Assembly: GCF_028641065.1 (NCBI RefSeq) | Contig: NC_073388.1 | Span: forward strand, 25,110,001-25,174,000 | Source: Leucoraja erinacea | Lineage: Eukaryota | Direction of reading: 5' to 3' | DNA: 64,000 nt | In this document: piece by piece, positions 53,071 to 64,000 of the stretch | Layout: every line of letters starts with the position of its first letter | Numbering within the stretch: the first letter of the stretch is position 1 | Position numbers and translations under genes: made by a program | Notes under the pieces: model-generated | Seen by the model: the letters and a program-made list of their open reading frames with translations, nothing else | Told to the model about the DNA's origin: nothing | The model's database searches: none

Positions 53071-55688
53071 ACTTTTTTTTAATGACAAGGTGCAAAGAAA
53101 TATAAATTTCCTGTTTCCAACTAAACTCATCAATGAATTTACTAGGACAATGCAATATATTACTACGTACATTTTCAGGTGTTGAAAGTACAGCTTATGT
53201 TCTTTTTTCTATTTCCCCCAATGGTGATGAGATCTTACCACAGAATGTATACTTTTTTTATAAATCACAACTTCATAAAGATGGTTTTAATTTGATGAAT
53301 GAAAAGTCTTGACATTTTATCCAAAGTGTTTTTCAGCATCCTTTATCGAACCTGCTCTTGATTTAGATTCTACCTTAGCTAGTTGATGGTTCCTTGAATA
53401 AGAAAACCCTTCAGATACCCCTAAATCCTCCTGCCCCTCATATTTCCACAAAATATTTCCCATTCATTAATTCTCACTTGTACTGCCGAAATATTTTTCG
53501 GTGAACAATTTCTACTATAAAATCATGTTTATATTAGGACTGTAAGTGGCTTTTTGGTGACTCAAGAAATAAAAGACAAAGTGAGTTTCTTTGTTTTGGT
53601 CGTCTCAGAGTTGGATGTTCTGGTTGGTGATTACTGGACTCACAAAACTAGGAGTTCACTGAATAATTGAGATCCTACTAAATCCAAGACCTTTGTATCT
53701 CTTCCAGAACCAGCAGGACCCAAATGGTTATATCCTGTGCTGGGTTATGCTTTTACACTTGAGCTTCAGTGATGGCGAGCTGGTTCCAGCAAAGGGATTA
53801 ATTCAAAGATAGACACAAAATGCCGGACTGGCAGCATCTCTGGAGAGAAGGAATGGGTGACGTTTTGGGTCGAGACCCTTCTTCAGACTGATTCATTCAG
53901 ATGTCTTCCATCATTTGTGTGTTCTCTTCAAGTGATTGGAGGATTCACCTGAAGGAAACATAAAAAGGAAGGGAAGAATAGCAAATCTTTCTTGAAAACG
54001 ATACAAGTTTATTTGTGTTTGTATTTTTTAACATGTTCAATAAATTAATAATAATTAAAAAAAATTAAAAAAAACTTTTATTGCCAATCAATTAACTCTC
54101 TTGGTGATGCAAAATATTACTCATGATTAACATCAATGAAAACATTGTGCAACCTTGATATAATGTGCCTCATTCCTTCGCAGTATTGAATAATGGAGAT
54201 TATTACGTCCCCCAACACAGAAATTAGGTAAATATTAATTTGATGTAGAATGTGGGTAGCTTATAAGATGGGTGTTTAGGTCAACCCCAACACTTGTGTA
54301 ATATCAAGGTTCCAATGTATTATTTTCCATCTACTTAGACTCCTCACTGGTTGGAGTTGCAAAACTGTCACAATGTGATATCTGCGGCCTGCACTCTCTG
54401 CTCACGGAGTTCATGATCTGGCCATGTTAAAATGGGAAGCTACTGAATGGAGAGGTCAAATTTCCCATGGAAGAAGGAAAAAATGAAGAGCAAGTCACTC
54501 ATGCACCTTACAGCTGCCATTTTGTTTGAGACAGGAAACAAAGTCAACCACCTGCTACCTAGATTGTGAGTGAAGAAATGGGATAACCTGAATATTGGGC
54601 TGTGACGACAGAAGCCGCACTTGCCTACGCCTGTCAACTATAGACATGTAGATAGGGAGCTATTCAGCTATCAAAACAGGCATTAAACTGCAGCCATGTT
54701 GGGGACCCATACCAATTTGCTCAAATACTTCTGGACAAAGAAATATTTTTGTAAAGTTATCGGTTATCGCTGGTTAGCACGGACTCAATGGGCGAGTGCT
54801 ACGAAAAGGTGCTGAGGTAGAATATAAGCCATGATATAGATAAATGGCAGAGTATTCATGAAGGGCCCTATGACCTACTCCTATTCCAATTTCTTATGTT
54901 GCAATCAATAAATCAAAAGTTATTTTCAATTTAAAATGCATGGAATTGGAACTTGTGGTTTTATGTTTTTGATGGCATAACCTGCTTGAAATCATTGATA
55001 ACTTTTGTAAGTCCAGGGGACTTGGTGCACAAACAACACCTCATAACTGATTTTAATATATTCATCAATTTACTTCATTTCCACCCAATATTTGATGCTA
55101 ACTTATTTTCTCCTTTGGGCCATTCAAATTTTTTACCTTTAAATTCACCAAATTAGTCACATAAATGAGCAAACGTTCAAGTATTTAATTTAATTTAATG
55201 TGTTTAATGAAACGACCCCTCCCCTCCCACACCCCATTCTTCAATCCATGCCCCAATTAATTTAAAGATTATGATTTTATGCAATTAGTACAGTGAAGTT
55301 GCACAAAGGTTGACAGGAAATATTCACAGGGCAACAACGAGAGGCTGTGGAACTATAGAATTGTTGTAACACAGAAGGTGGTCATTTGGTTCCCATTGAT
55401 TGTGACCTTTTCTCACCCCTCCATCCAATTCCCCCTTGATAGTCCTGTTCTCCCTGTCCCAGTGTAAACAGGCTTTTTTTAAATCACATACCCATTATAT
55501 TATACGCCTCAATTTCTAAATCTTTCACTCCTGGTTCTTGAAACATCCACCAATGGGAACATCTACCATCTTTTTACATGATATATTCTTCTCCACTCAT
55601 TCGAGAACCATCTAACGATTGGGTCACCCATAAAATGATGTACGTTCTTCATTAATTATATATTTTTATGCTCTGGAGAAGGACTTAC

Positions 55689-55781
55689 CTTTGGGGGAAG
55701 GAAATGAGTTCCTAAGCTGCTCCATTACATCCTCCAGATGCAGCACCATGTCTTGTGAAATAACTTGACAGTCGTTTCCAC
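55689..55781 (-). CDS. Putative internal exon of the same unidentified gene (GGNDCQVISQDMVLHLEDVMEQLRNSFPSPK)
   Basis: Acceptor ctttgtactctcctAG and donor aag|GTAAGT; 93 nt. Only the phase-1 frame is open, matching the upstream exon. Confidence 0.55.
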
Positions 55782-57223
55782 CTAGGAGAGTACAAAGTCC
55801 ACAGAAGTCCAAACTGACATGTTGTGAAAACATGAGACATGGTTTTCATTTTATTTTTTATTTCAAGAATTCCAATAATTCTGCGGAACATGAAATGGCA
55901 TGAAACCAGCTAGGATATGAAAACGGCCAGTGGTCATTCACAAAGATTCCCAGAAAATGTTATTCTTGTTTTATTGATGGTGCCAAAATGAACAGACCAC
56001 ACAAAAGGGCTCTGCACCATTGTCAGCCCATTTGATACCTCCCTACCATCATTGATCCTCTTTTTCACCATGATTCTGGATTCTTGTTTAGGGTGGAAGC
56101 TGATCGTAAACCTTGCCCTCCCAGTACTAGCAAAGTATAACAAGCAAATGTGGTCCATTTCAAAATGGCTGTGGCCTTGTGTACCATACTCTGCTGATAG
56201 TTAATACTTTCAACACAAATCTTAGTCTGTTATGAAATTGTTATTGAAATAATAATAAATCTTCATGCCACCTTATTACTTCAAATCCAATTGAAGTGTT
56301 TAGAAAGATGATTCAATTGGTTAGATAACATTTCCCCCTGATTTGAGAAATCCAGGGGAAGGAGAAACATATTTATAAATGTATCAAGATAAGAAATAAA
56401 GAACTCCTTTTCACTTCAGAGGTTGAAAATCTCGGACTCTTCCCCACAAAAGCTTGTCGATGCTAGGTACAATACAATTGTCCTGCCTTGAAATTGATAC
56501 AGATGTAGGAAGGAACTACAGATGCTGGTTTAAACCGAAGATAGACACTAAAAGCTGAAGTGACTCAACGGGACAGGCAGCATCTCTGGAGAAACGGAAT
56601 AGGTGACGTTTCTTGGTCGGGACCCTTTTTCTGACTGATACATTTTAATTAGACGAATGCATAAAAGGATGTGGAGAAAATGTGGACAAATAGATGAGAC
56701 ACAGTTCAGGGAAGATCCAATTGAATAAGATCTAACTAAATAAGGAAAGAAGCACGCTGTGAACTGTTATCCTGCTTCTACAACAAACAGCTGCACTTAA
56801 TTATAATCAAATAGTTACCTTAAAACATCTATTTATGGTTATCTTGTAATATAAAAGATTTATAGCATTAGAAATTAGTGCTGGTGCTTGTAGTCCCAAC
56901 AGTCTCCTTTGTGTTATTTGTTGCACACGGAACTGATACAAGAATGCATCAAAGTCAAACCACATGTCTCACTCAGTTCTTAATGGCACAGTTACACATA
57001 TACGTAGCTGACAGTGACGTTAATAGATGATCAATTAATGCGATCAAATTATGTCTGTTCACTGGAGGAACTAACCCTTATACAAGAATAACACATATAA
57101 CAAGAAACTCAGAGAATAAAACAATAGAAGCAAAAATAATGTATTTTAGTTTAAGAAGTAGAAGTAACTTCTATATGGCAGCATGATATTGCTGTGGATG
57201 CATTTTTCACACAATACCCTCAC

Positions 57224-57399
57224 CTGCTTTCTCAGATTCTGAGCTGTTCCTTTCGAGTTTTTCTTGGTTGGTATCAGAGTGTCGGGAAACTGAGGAAGTA
57301 GAAGAGGTGGGTGATCCATTTCCCTCAGACTCTTGGGGCTGCCAATTGATAAGAAACACACTGTCACCAAAAGATGCATCCTGTGGTTCAGTAATTGGA
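57224..57399 (-). CDS. Putative internal exon of an unidentified gene (PITEPQDASFGDSVFLINWQPQ...SSESEKA)
   Basis: Strong donor GCAG|GTGAGG. Two possible acceptors give a start at 57399 or 57380. A Ser-rich open frame ends in phase 1. Confidence 0.45.
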
Positions 57400-57824
57400 C
57401 TGAGTCAAGCAATCAGTTGAAGGTTTGCCAAAAGGGTAGAGGCAGGCTTAGATCATCATTTAGTTTATGAAAATTTGAAGCTCTTCACCATTTGCTGATA
57501 TTTTATAATTACCAAAACGTTAACTTAAAAAAATGGACATGGTTTACAAGCAATTATTACCACATTGGACCTGAAATTATTTTGAGTGAACACAAACACT
57601 CAATATATTCTTTTGAAATGAATTTGTCTGATATTCTATGTAGGCTTTAGCCCATTCGGATTAACACCACGCTGGACTTTATTATGCAAAATGAAGTTGT
57701 CATGGAGCTAATAGGTTGCAATGTTAAAGAAATCAATGGTAGGCCTCTAAAAGAGGGATGAGAATGGTAGATTGGAAGGATAGGTGAACAATGTAAAAAT
57801 GTAAGAAAGGGAATAGGTTACACT

Positions 57825-58445
57825 GGAAAATAGGAGCAGGAGTAGGCCATGTGGCCCTCAAGTCTGCCTACCATCAATGTGATTGTGATTGATCAATGCT
57901 GGTCTCAACACATCTTTATTGCCAGTTTTCCCTAACCCTCAATTCATGATCTTTCAAATATTGATTCTATCTTCATTTTAAATATCTGGCCTAATCACCA
58001 GGCCTCCCCATCTGCAGTGATACAACACCCTGTGAGAGAAGATATTTCCACACCTCAGTTTTAATGACTGGCACCTCATTTTCTGACTATATCCCCTTGT
58101 TCATGCCTCACCCAGCGAAAACATCTTAATTTCTACCTTGTCATTCCCAACTGGGAATCTTATATATTTACATAAGCGACCAGTTTTTTCTTCTAAACTG
58201 CAAGGAATACAGATCCAATTCATTATCTGTAGATAGGATAATCCTCTCAGCCCTGGAATTAGCTAGGCAAATCTCCTTTGGACAGCCTCCAATGCCATCA
58301 TATCTTTTTTTTTAAGCAGGGGGATGAAAACCATGTGCAGTATTCCAGGTATGGCCTCTTCCACAACTGTAACAACATCTCCCTTTATTTGAACTCTAAC
58401 CTCTTCACACTAAAGGCCATAATGTGATTTGTCTTCTTAACTACT
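57825..58445 (-). mobile_element. Old CR1-type LINE 3' fragment
   Basis: Degenerate version of the CR1 tail (ggagcaggagtaggcc...) and ORF2 end. Confidence 0.65.
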
Positions 58446-59598
58446 TTTTGGACTTGGAATATCATCTCACACAGATACCAGGCAATCAGCAGTTAAATGA
58501 GTTGTGGAGCTGTACAGCATGGAAACAGACCCTTTGGCCTATCTTGTCCTTGTCAATTTAATTGATATACTGGGCAAATCCCATTTGCTTGCATTTCCCT
58601 CCTACCCCTTACCCCTTCCAATCCATCTATTAATATTTTGGGCAAAAAGTGATGGGATGGGGAAGTTTCTGGAAGCTGTGCTGTGGGAGACAGCAGCTTC
58701 CATTGTCCAAGAGATGAGCTCCTGCCTTCTAGTAACCTGGTGTCACTACCCCACCCCTCGTGCCCCCATAGTGATGAACCACCTCTTGGCTTATACTGGG
58801 GGAGGAGGGATTGGCAGTGTGCACAGTGTGGACAAGAAGGGCAGCTGCTCAGTGGGGGTCTGGGACACACTTGCACGAATGGGATTGAGTGAATGGGATT
58901 GAGGGAGGGTAAAGAAGAACAAAGAACAAGAGGCTTTGGCAACATTGAGTGATCTACTGGTTCAGGACTGGGTGCCGAGGAAAAGGGGTGGGATGGCAGT
59001 GTTGTTGGTGGGACTGGGATTCCTGGGGGAGGGAAGCCACAGAGGCAACTGAACTGCTGGATGATGACCTTACTGAGAAAGCTACCCACTTGCTCTTGCA
59101 TCTATAATTGGAGGTGAGCATGAAGGGAGAAATAAGGATATTGTCTTCATTTTGCTGATGGTCTCTGAAGTAACCCTTGATTTTGCATTGTAGAAATAAG
59201 GAACTGCAGATGCTGGTTCACACAAAAGGACAAAAAGTGCTGGAGTAACTCAGCAGGTCAGGGAGTATCTCTGGGGAATGTGGATAGGTGACATTAAGAA
59301 GAAGGGTTCCAACTCGAAACATCACCCATCCATGTTTTCCAGGGATGCTGCCTGACCTGCTGAGTTTCTCCAGCACTTTGTGTCTTCATGTTTGTGCATT
59401 GTTCTTTAATTATGTTGAATATTCTCAGTCATCGTGCAAATAAGGTAAGAGTTAATGTGCAATACATTTCTCATCATTAATTATTTTGCATCCAACAGTT
59501 GGAAAATAAACTGTATGTAATAAAGATGTAAAGCCAATCTTTGGCCAAAATCTCTTAACCTGCAAGTTGAATGGAAGATACCGAAACAAGCTGTGAAA

Positions 59599-59613
59599 CC
59601 ACCAGAGGGCAGC
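59599..59613 (+). promoter_or_regulatory. Candidate CTCF site CCACCAGAGGGCAGC
   Basis: Matches the CTCF core consensus CCASYAGRKGGCRS in non-repeat DNA. Confidence 0.4.
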
Positions 59614-59942
59614 AAGCAACACATCTCAACAAGCTCTTGTAGATATAGAACATTCTGTTCAATTGTACATGCTTTACCTTCAAGGGACACTGATGTGTTT
59701 CACTGAATGTTATTGAACAGAGCAAGGAGCTTGATACTAAAAACTACAGTGATGAGAAGTTGAGGTTGATTAGTCACGAGAAAAGAGAACTATCAACGAA
59801 CACGAAGCTATTTAAATTGTGTAGGAAAGAACTACAGATGCTGATTTAAACTGAAGATAGACACAAAATGTTGGAGTAATTCATTGGGACAGGCAGCATC
59901 TCTATAGGGAAGGAATAGGTGACGTTTCAGGTCGATTTCTTA

Positions 59943-60422
59943 ACATAGACACATAGAAAATAGGTGCAAGAGTAGGCCATTCGGCCCTTCGAGCCTGCAA
60001 CTCCATTCAATATGATCATGGCTGATCATCCAACTCAGTATCCTGTACCTGCCTTTTCTCCATACCCTCTGATCCCTTTAGCCACAAGGGCCACATCTAA
60101 CTCCCTCTTAAATATAGCCAATAAACTGGCCTCAACTACCTTCTGTGGCAGAGAATTCCAGAGATTCACCACTCTCTGTGTGAATTTTTTTCTCATCTCG
60201 GTCCTAAAAGATTTCCCCCTTATCCTTAAACTGTGTGACCCCTTGTTCTGGACTTCCCCAACATTGGGAACAATCTTCCTGCATCTAGCCTGTACAACCC
60301 CTTAAGAATTTTGTACGTTTCTATAAGATCCCCCCTCAATCTTCTAAATTCTAGCGAGTACAAGCCAAGTCTATCCAGTCTTTCCTCATATGAAAGTCCT
60401 GACATCCCAGGAATCAGTCTGG
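59943..60422 (-). mobile_element. CR1-type LINE 3' fragment lying between two inverted Penelope-like arms
   Basis: Closely similar to the 47192-47642 copy in reverse orientation. Confidence 0.88.
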
Positions 60423-62724
60423 TAAGAAGGGTCTCGACCCTAAACGTTACCCATTCCTTCTCTCCAGAGACGCTGCCTGTCCCACTGAGTTACTCCAGCA
60501 GTTTGTGTTTAAGCCATTTATATTTGTCAGTACAAAATGGAAAAACAGCTCTTAATTCAAGCTGATTCAATCGAAAAATTCGCTTAAAATCTTGGGATAC
60601 TGTACTTTCAAGATGTTTGTATTTTAGAGAGAATTCAGTACATATGGATGAACATAATTTCCAGACCTAGTAATGAATGTAAAGAAATATTAAAAAAAAA
60701 AATTATCTTGGAGATATGTTGCTGTGGCCTTAAATGCTGAAGGGCACCAATTATTATACATCATGCAAGACTAGGAAAGGTTGCTAAACATCCCTTCCCA
60801 CCTTCTTTCATTAAGGTGCCAGTCCTGGTAATTTCTTGTACAATAGACCAAGATTTCTAAAATTAAATCCACAAAACCTTCAACGTCAATAATGTTTTTT
60901 GTAAGGTGACTCTTAATGTCCTACTTAAATAACAGATCTGGCTTTTGCTATCTCATATCATTCCATAGCCTTTTGGTCATCTGCATTCAGATTCTAATCA
61001 AAAGGGATAACTGTGACAATATCCATGTAATTTATGCATGCGAGCTGTACTCATTCTCGTACATGCTCAGACTCGCGCATATAATTATGTAAATCAGTCT
61101 GTGATCTTTAACTTGGAAATAAATAATTCTTGCTTTTGATCCCAACACGAGTGTGTGTGGAGCCATCTTTCTCCTGCTAATATGTGCTAGTTTTACCTAT
61201 ATCGTAAGCAAACACATATCAAAACAATAACTGTAATGCTATTAGATACAAGGATGACTACAAACTTATATTGCTGTGACAAAAGGCTGTCATTTTTAGT
61301 TCTGGTACTTTAGAACTGAAGTTTCAGACCTTTTTGACCTGCAGATTTGGTAAAATATGTGCCTTCCTGCAAATGCCTAATTATGTCATAAGGTGGTCCT
61401 TGTAAGAACTCAGGTAGTTTCTAACTAAACTATCCCAGCGTCATTAAAGTCTGGACCCTTGCAATCCCAAAGGAATTGTGCATTCCAAGGTAGGGAACCA
61501 TTTGCTGGCAGATCTCTGATGAATTGTGTACATTGTGGTATTATTTTGGATCACCTTTCCACAATTACAAATGTTAATGGACTGAGGTTATTGAGAAACT
61601 GACAAGTTGCATCCAACACAAGGCAATGGAGATAAGCAAAGGCAAGCAGATGACACAATCAATCTATTACTGCCTACATAGGATACTATACCACAACCAG
61701 TGGTCAATAATTTGGATTAGCCTTACAATTTGATGAAAACATGTTGGGAACCTATATTGCTGGAAAGTGACAAAGTTGCAAAAGAATAGTAGATGAGATA
61801 AACAAAGTTAATGATTAAATAGGAGCAAACGTGGGCATTCAAAGCTGAAAAGAAACGAGGAATAATGGGAAATGGGATTTGATGCTTTTGAAATCCTCAG
61901 GAGGAATAAAGAATGTGCCACAAGTATTGAACTGAATATGATATGGATTCAGTGGTAAAGAAGAGAATAAACACATTTTTGGTGTAACACAAGAACATTG
62001 AATAGAGTGATAGGGCCAATGTGTATATGCCATAAGTGCACATATGTGAATACATGAGTGGACACATGTACATATGTAAGTGTGGTTGTTTGTGTGTTGC
62101 AGTGAAGTGAAGTGCCTATTTGCAATGAACACAATAAAAGTTATCTTGTGATTGTTCTGCAGAAATGGTAGGAATTATTTTTGTCTGAATGTGTGTTGAT
62201 GCCTTTGTTGGAAATCTGTTTGGGGAATAATACAAAGAAATTGATATGCAATGAAAGTTACACAATAACAGAGATGTCCTTAGTTAATAATTGTAAGAGA
62301 AAAAAAACCTAGAAACCCTTGAGGAAGCGATCAGTTGCTCTTTGATTACAGAGAGCATTACAAAAATATCCACTGAAACCTGTTACAGCATGGCAACATG
62401 ATATCTGATTTAACACTAAATTGGACAGTAAATGAACACAATATTGTTTTATTTGCTAATCCCAAGTGGCTCAAGGCCTTGTAACTGCAGGTACCTCGTA
62501 ACATAGAAATCCAATTTCAGGACTATTTATAACTTCTCCTGCATCTTTACATCTAACTCCGACTGAGCTGAACCTAGGCAGAGTTAATAGGCTAAAAATT
62601 AATATGTTTTCCAGTTTGTGGCACCTGTTTCAGGTTTATTAGTTTATATGGAGACACACGAGAACAAAGGCTAGATTCACGGGCAAATAAAGCTGTATCT
62701 GTTCTCGAGGTGAGACTTTTTGCT

Positions 62725-63030
62725 CTTGGGATGCAGCATCATATTCTTGCACATTTTCACCAGTTACAATGTGATCCCACCAGTCACATCTTCCCTTCCC
62801 CATCCATTTTTGGTTTCTGCAGGGCCTATTTTCTCTGTGATTCCTAGTTTGCTCATTCTTCCCCACACATCCCTCCCCTTTCCCTGGCATTTCCCCCAGA
62901 AATAATAGAAGGAATTACACCTTATCCCTACACTTCTTCCCTCAACTCCATCCAGAGTACTAAACAACTCTCTCAGGTAAGACAGAGATTCGCCTGTACC
63001 TCCTTCAATCTCATCTAATGCATTCACCTC
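62725..63030 (+). mobile_element. Degraded Penelope-like ORF fragment (linker before the GIY-YIG domain)
   Basis: PYTSSLNSIQSTKQLSQVRQRFACTSFNLI*CI resembles the Neptune-type Zn-linker followed by NLIYCI. Confidence 0.6.
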
Positions 63031-64000
63031 ACCTCGAGGATAGATGCAGCTTTATTTGCCCGTGATTCTAGCATGTGTAGTCTCCTGAGAACCCTTTTCC
63101 CAGCATGAAAAAATCAAATACTAGAGGACGTAGCTTTAAGTTAAGATGGGCAAAGTTTAAAGGAGATATGCCGGGGAAGTATTTTACACAGGAGATGATC
63201 AGTGTTTGGAATGCGCTGATGTGTTCGTGGTTCAGACTGATACGATAGTGGCATTTAAGAGACTTTTGGATAGGCATACGGATATACAGGGAATGGAATG
63301 ACATGAATTATGTGCAGGCACATAAAAAATTGACCTTGGCATCATGCTCGGCAAAAACATTGTGGGCCGTAGGGCCTGTTTTGTGTTGTACTGATCTGTG
63401 TTCTAGTCTGGGAAAGGTTGGTACAAGTATAGTTCCAAGGAGAACAATATTGGATTCCTTCACACTGTCATCACCCATCTTCTGAAATCATAAAAATCTA
63501 CCCTGATATAAAATCAACAGGATGATGATCTTGGAGACAGTCGGAATAATTAGCTGGAATGGTGAAGAAACTAGCAAATGGCATGGTCATACGCATGTAT
63601 TTTTTAATTGCAGTTAAAATTTCAAGTTGAACTCTTTTAAATGCCATTCGAATGAAGATGTAGCTTGCACCAATTAGTCCAATTGTTTGCATTGATCTTC
63701 AACAAATAACTTGTTTTTAGAACATTTATAGCAGAAGGCAATTTAGGAGCGTAACACCGAAATACCATTGTGCACCAAATGATGTCTCATTCAGTGCATG
63801 GAATGAAGTCTCTGGCGGGAGAAGACAAATAGTTTCAGAGCACTAGATAGAAAACCAGAATTCTATCTTCAAATAAGCCATTAATAAAGAGTCTATGTAT
63901 TACTTCATTAAATTAGTGAACTCATGGAATATGCAGAAGCTCCAGCAGAGGGAAATAAGAACTGGAGAGCAATTTCTCGCAGGGCTTTTTTTGTATTATC

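Noticed and set aside
58504-59101. 132-182 aa ORFs
   Set aside because: They start in a CR1/SINE tail, have no splice-site or motif support, and are probably decayed repeat sequence.

Overview
Intron-rich, repeat-dense vertebrate DNA, most likely from a cartilaginous fish (skate/ray). That is inferred from the repeat content: HE1/V-SINE-type SINEs, CR1, Rex1/Babar and Penelope-like elements. Three protein-coding genes can be built on the + strand. CITED1 has its main coding exon at 6345-6842, and its first coding exon is unresolved. RPS4X is complete, with 7 exons at 13834-21935 encoding 263 aa behind a 5'TOP/CpG promoter. RIPPLY1 has 4 exons at 29573-43965 encoding 154 aa with WRPW and FPVQATI motifs; the ORF track shows only its last exon. 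Two phase-compatible exons on the - strand (57224-57399 and 55689-55781) suggest a fourth gene I cannot identify. The main non-genic features are: (i) a high-copy family of short, often inverted Penelope-like terminal repeats carrying a minimal hammerhead-ribozyme-like core, tied to a Penelope ORF end at 45.5 kb; (ii) a Tc1 transposon nested in a different Tc1 inside RIPPLY1 intron 3; (iii) a ~315 bp palindrome just upstream of the RPS4X promoter; (iv) a LINE with a twin-priming-like inversion. Family and orthologue names come from recalled motifs, not database searches, and repeat boundaries are approximate.
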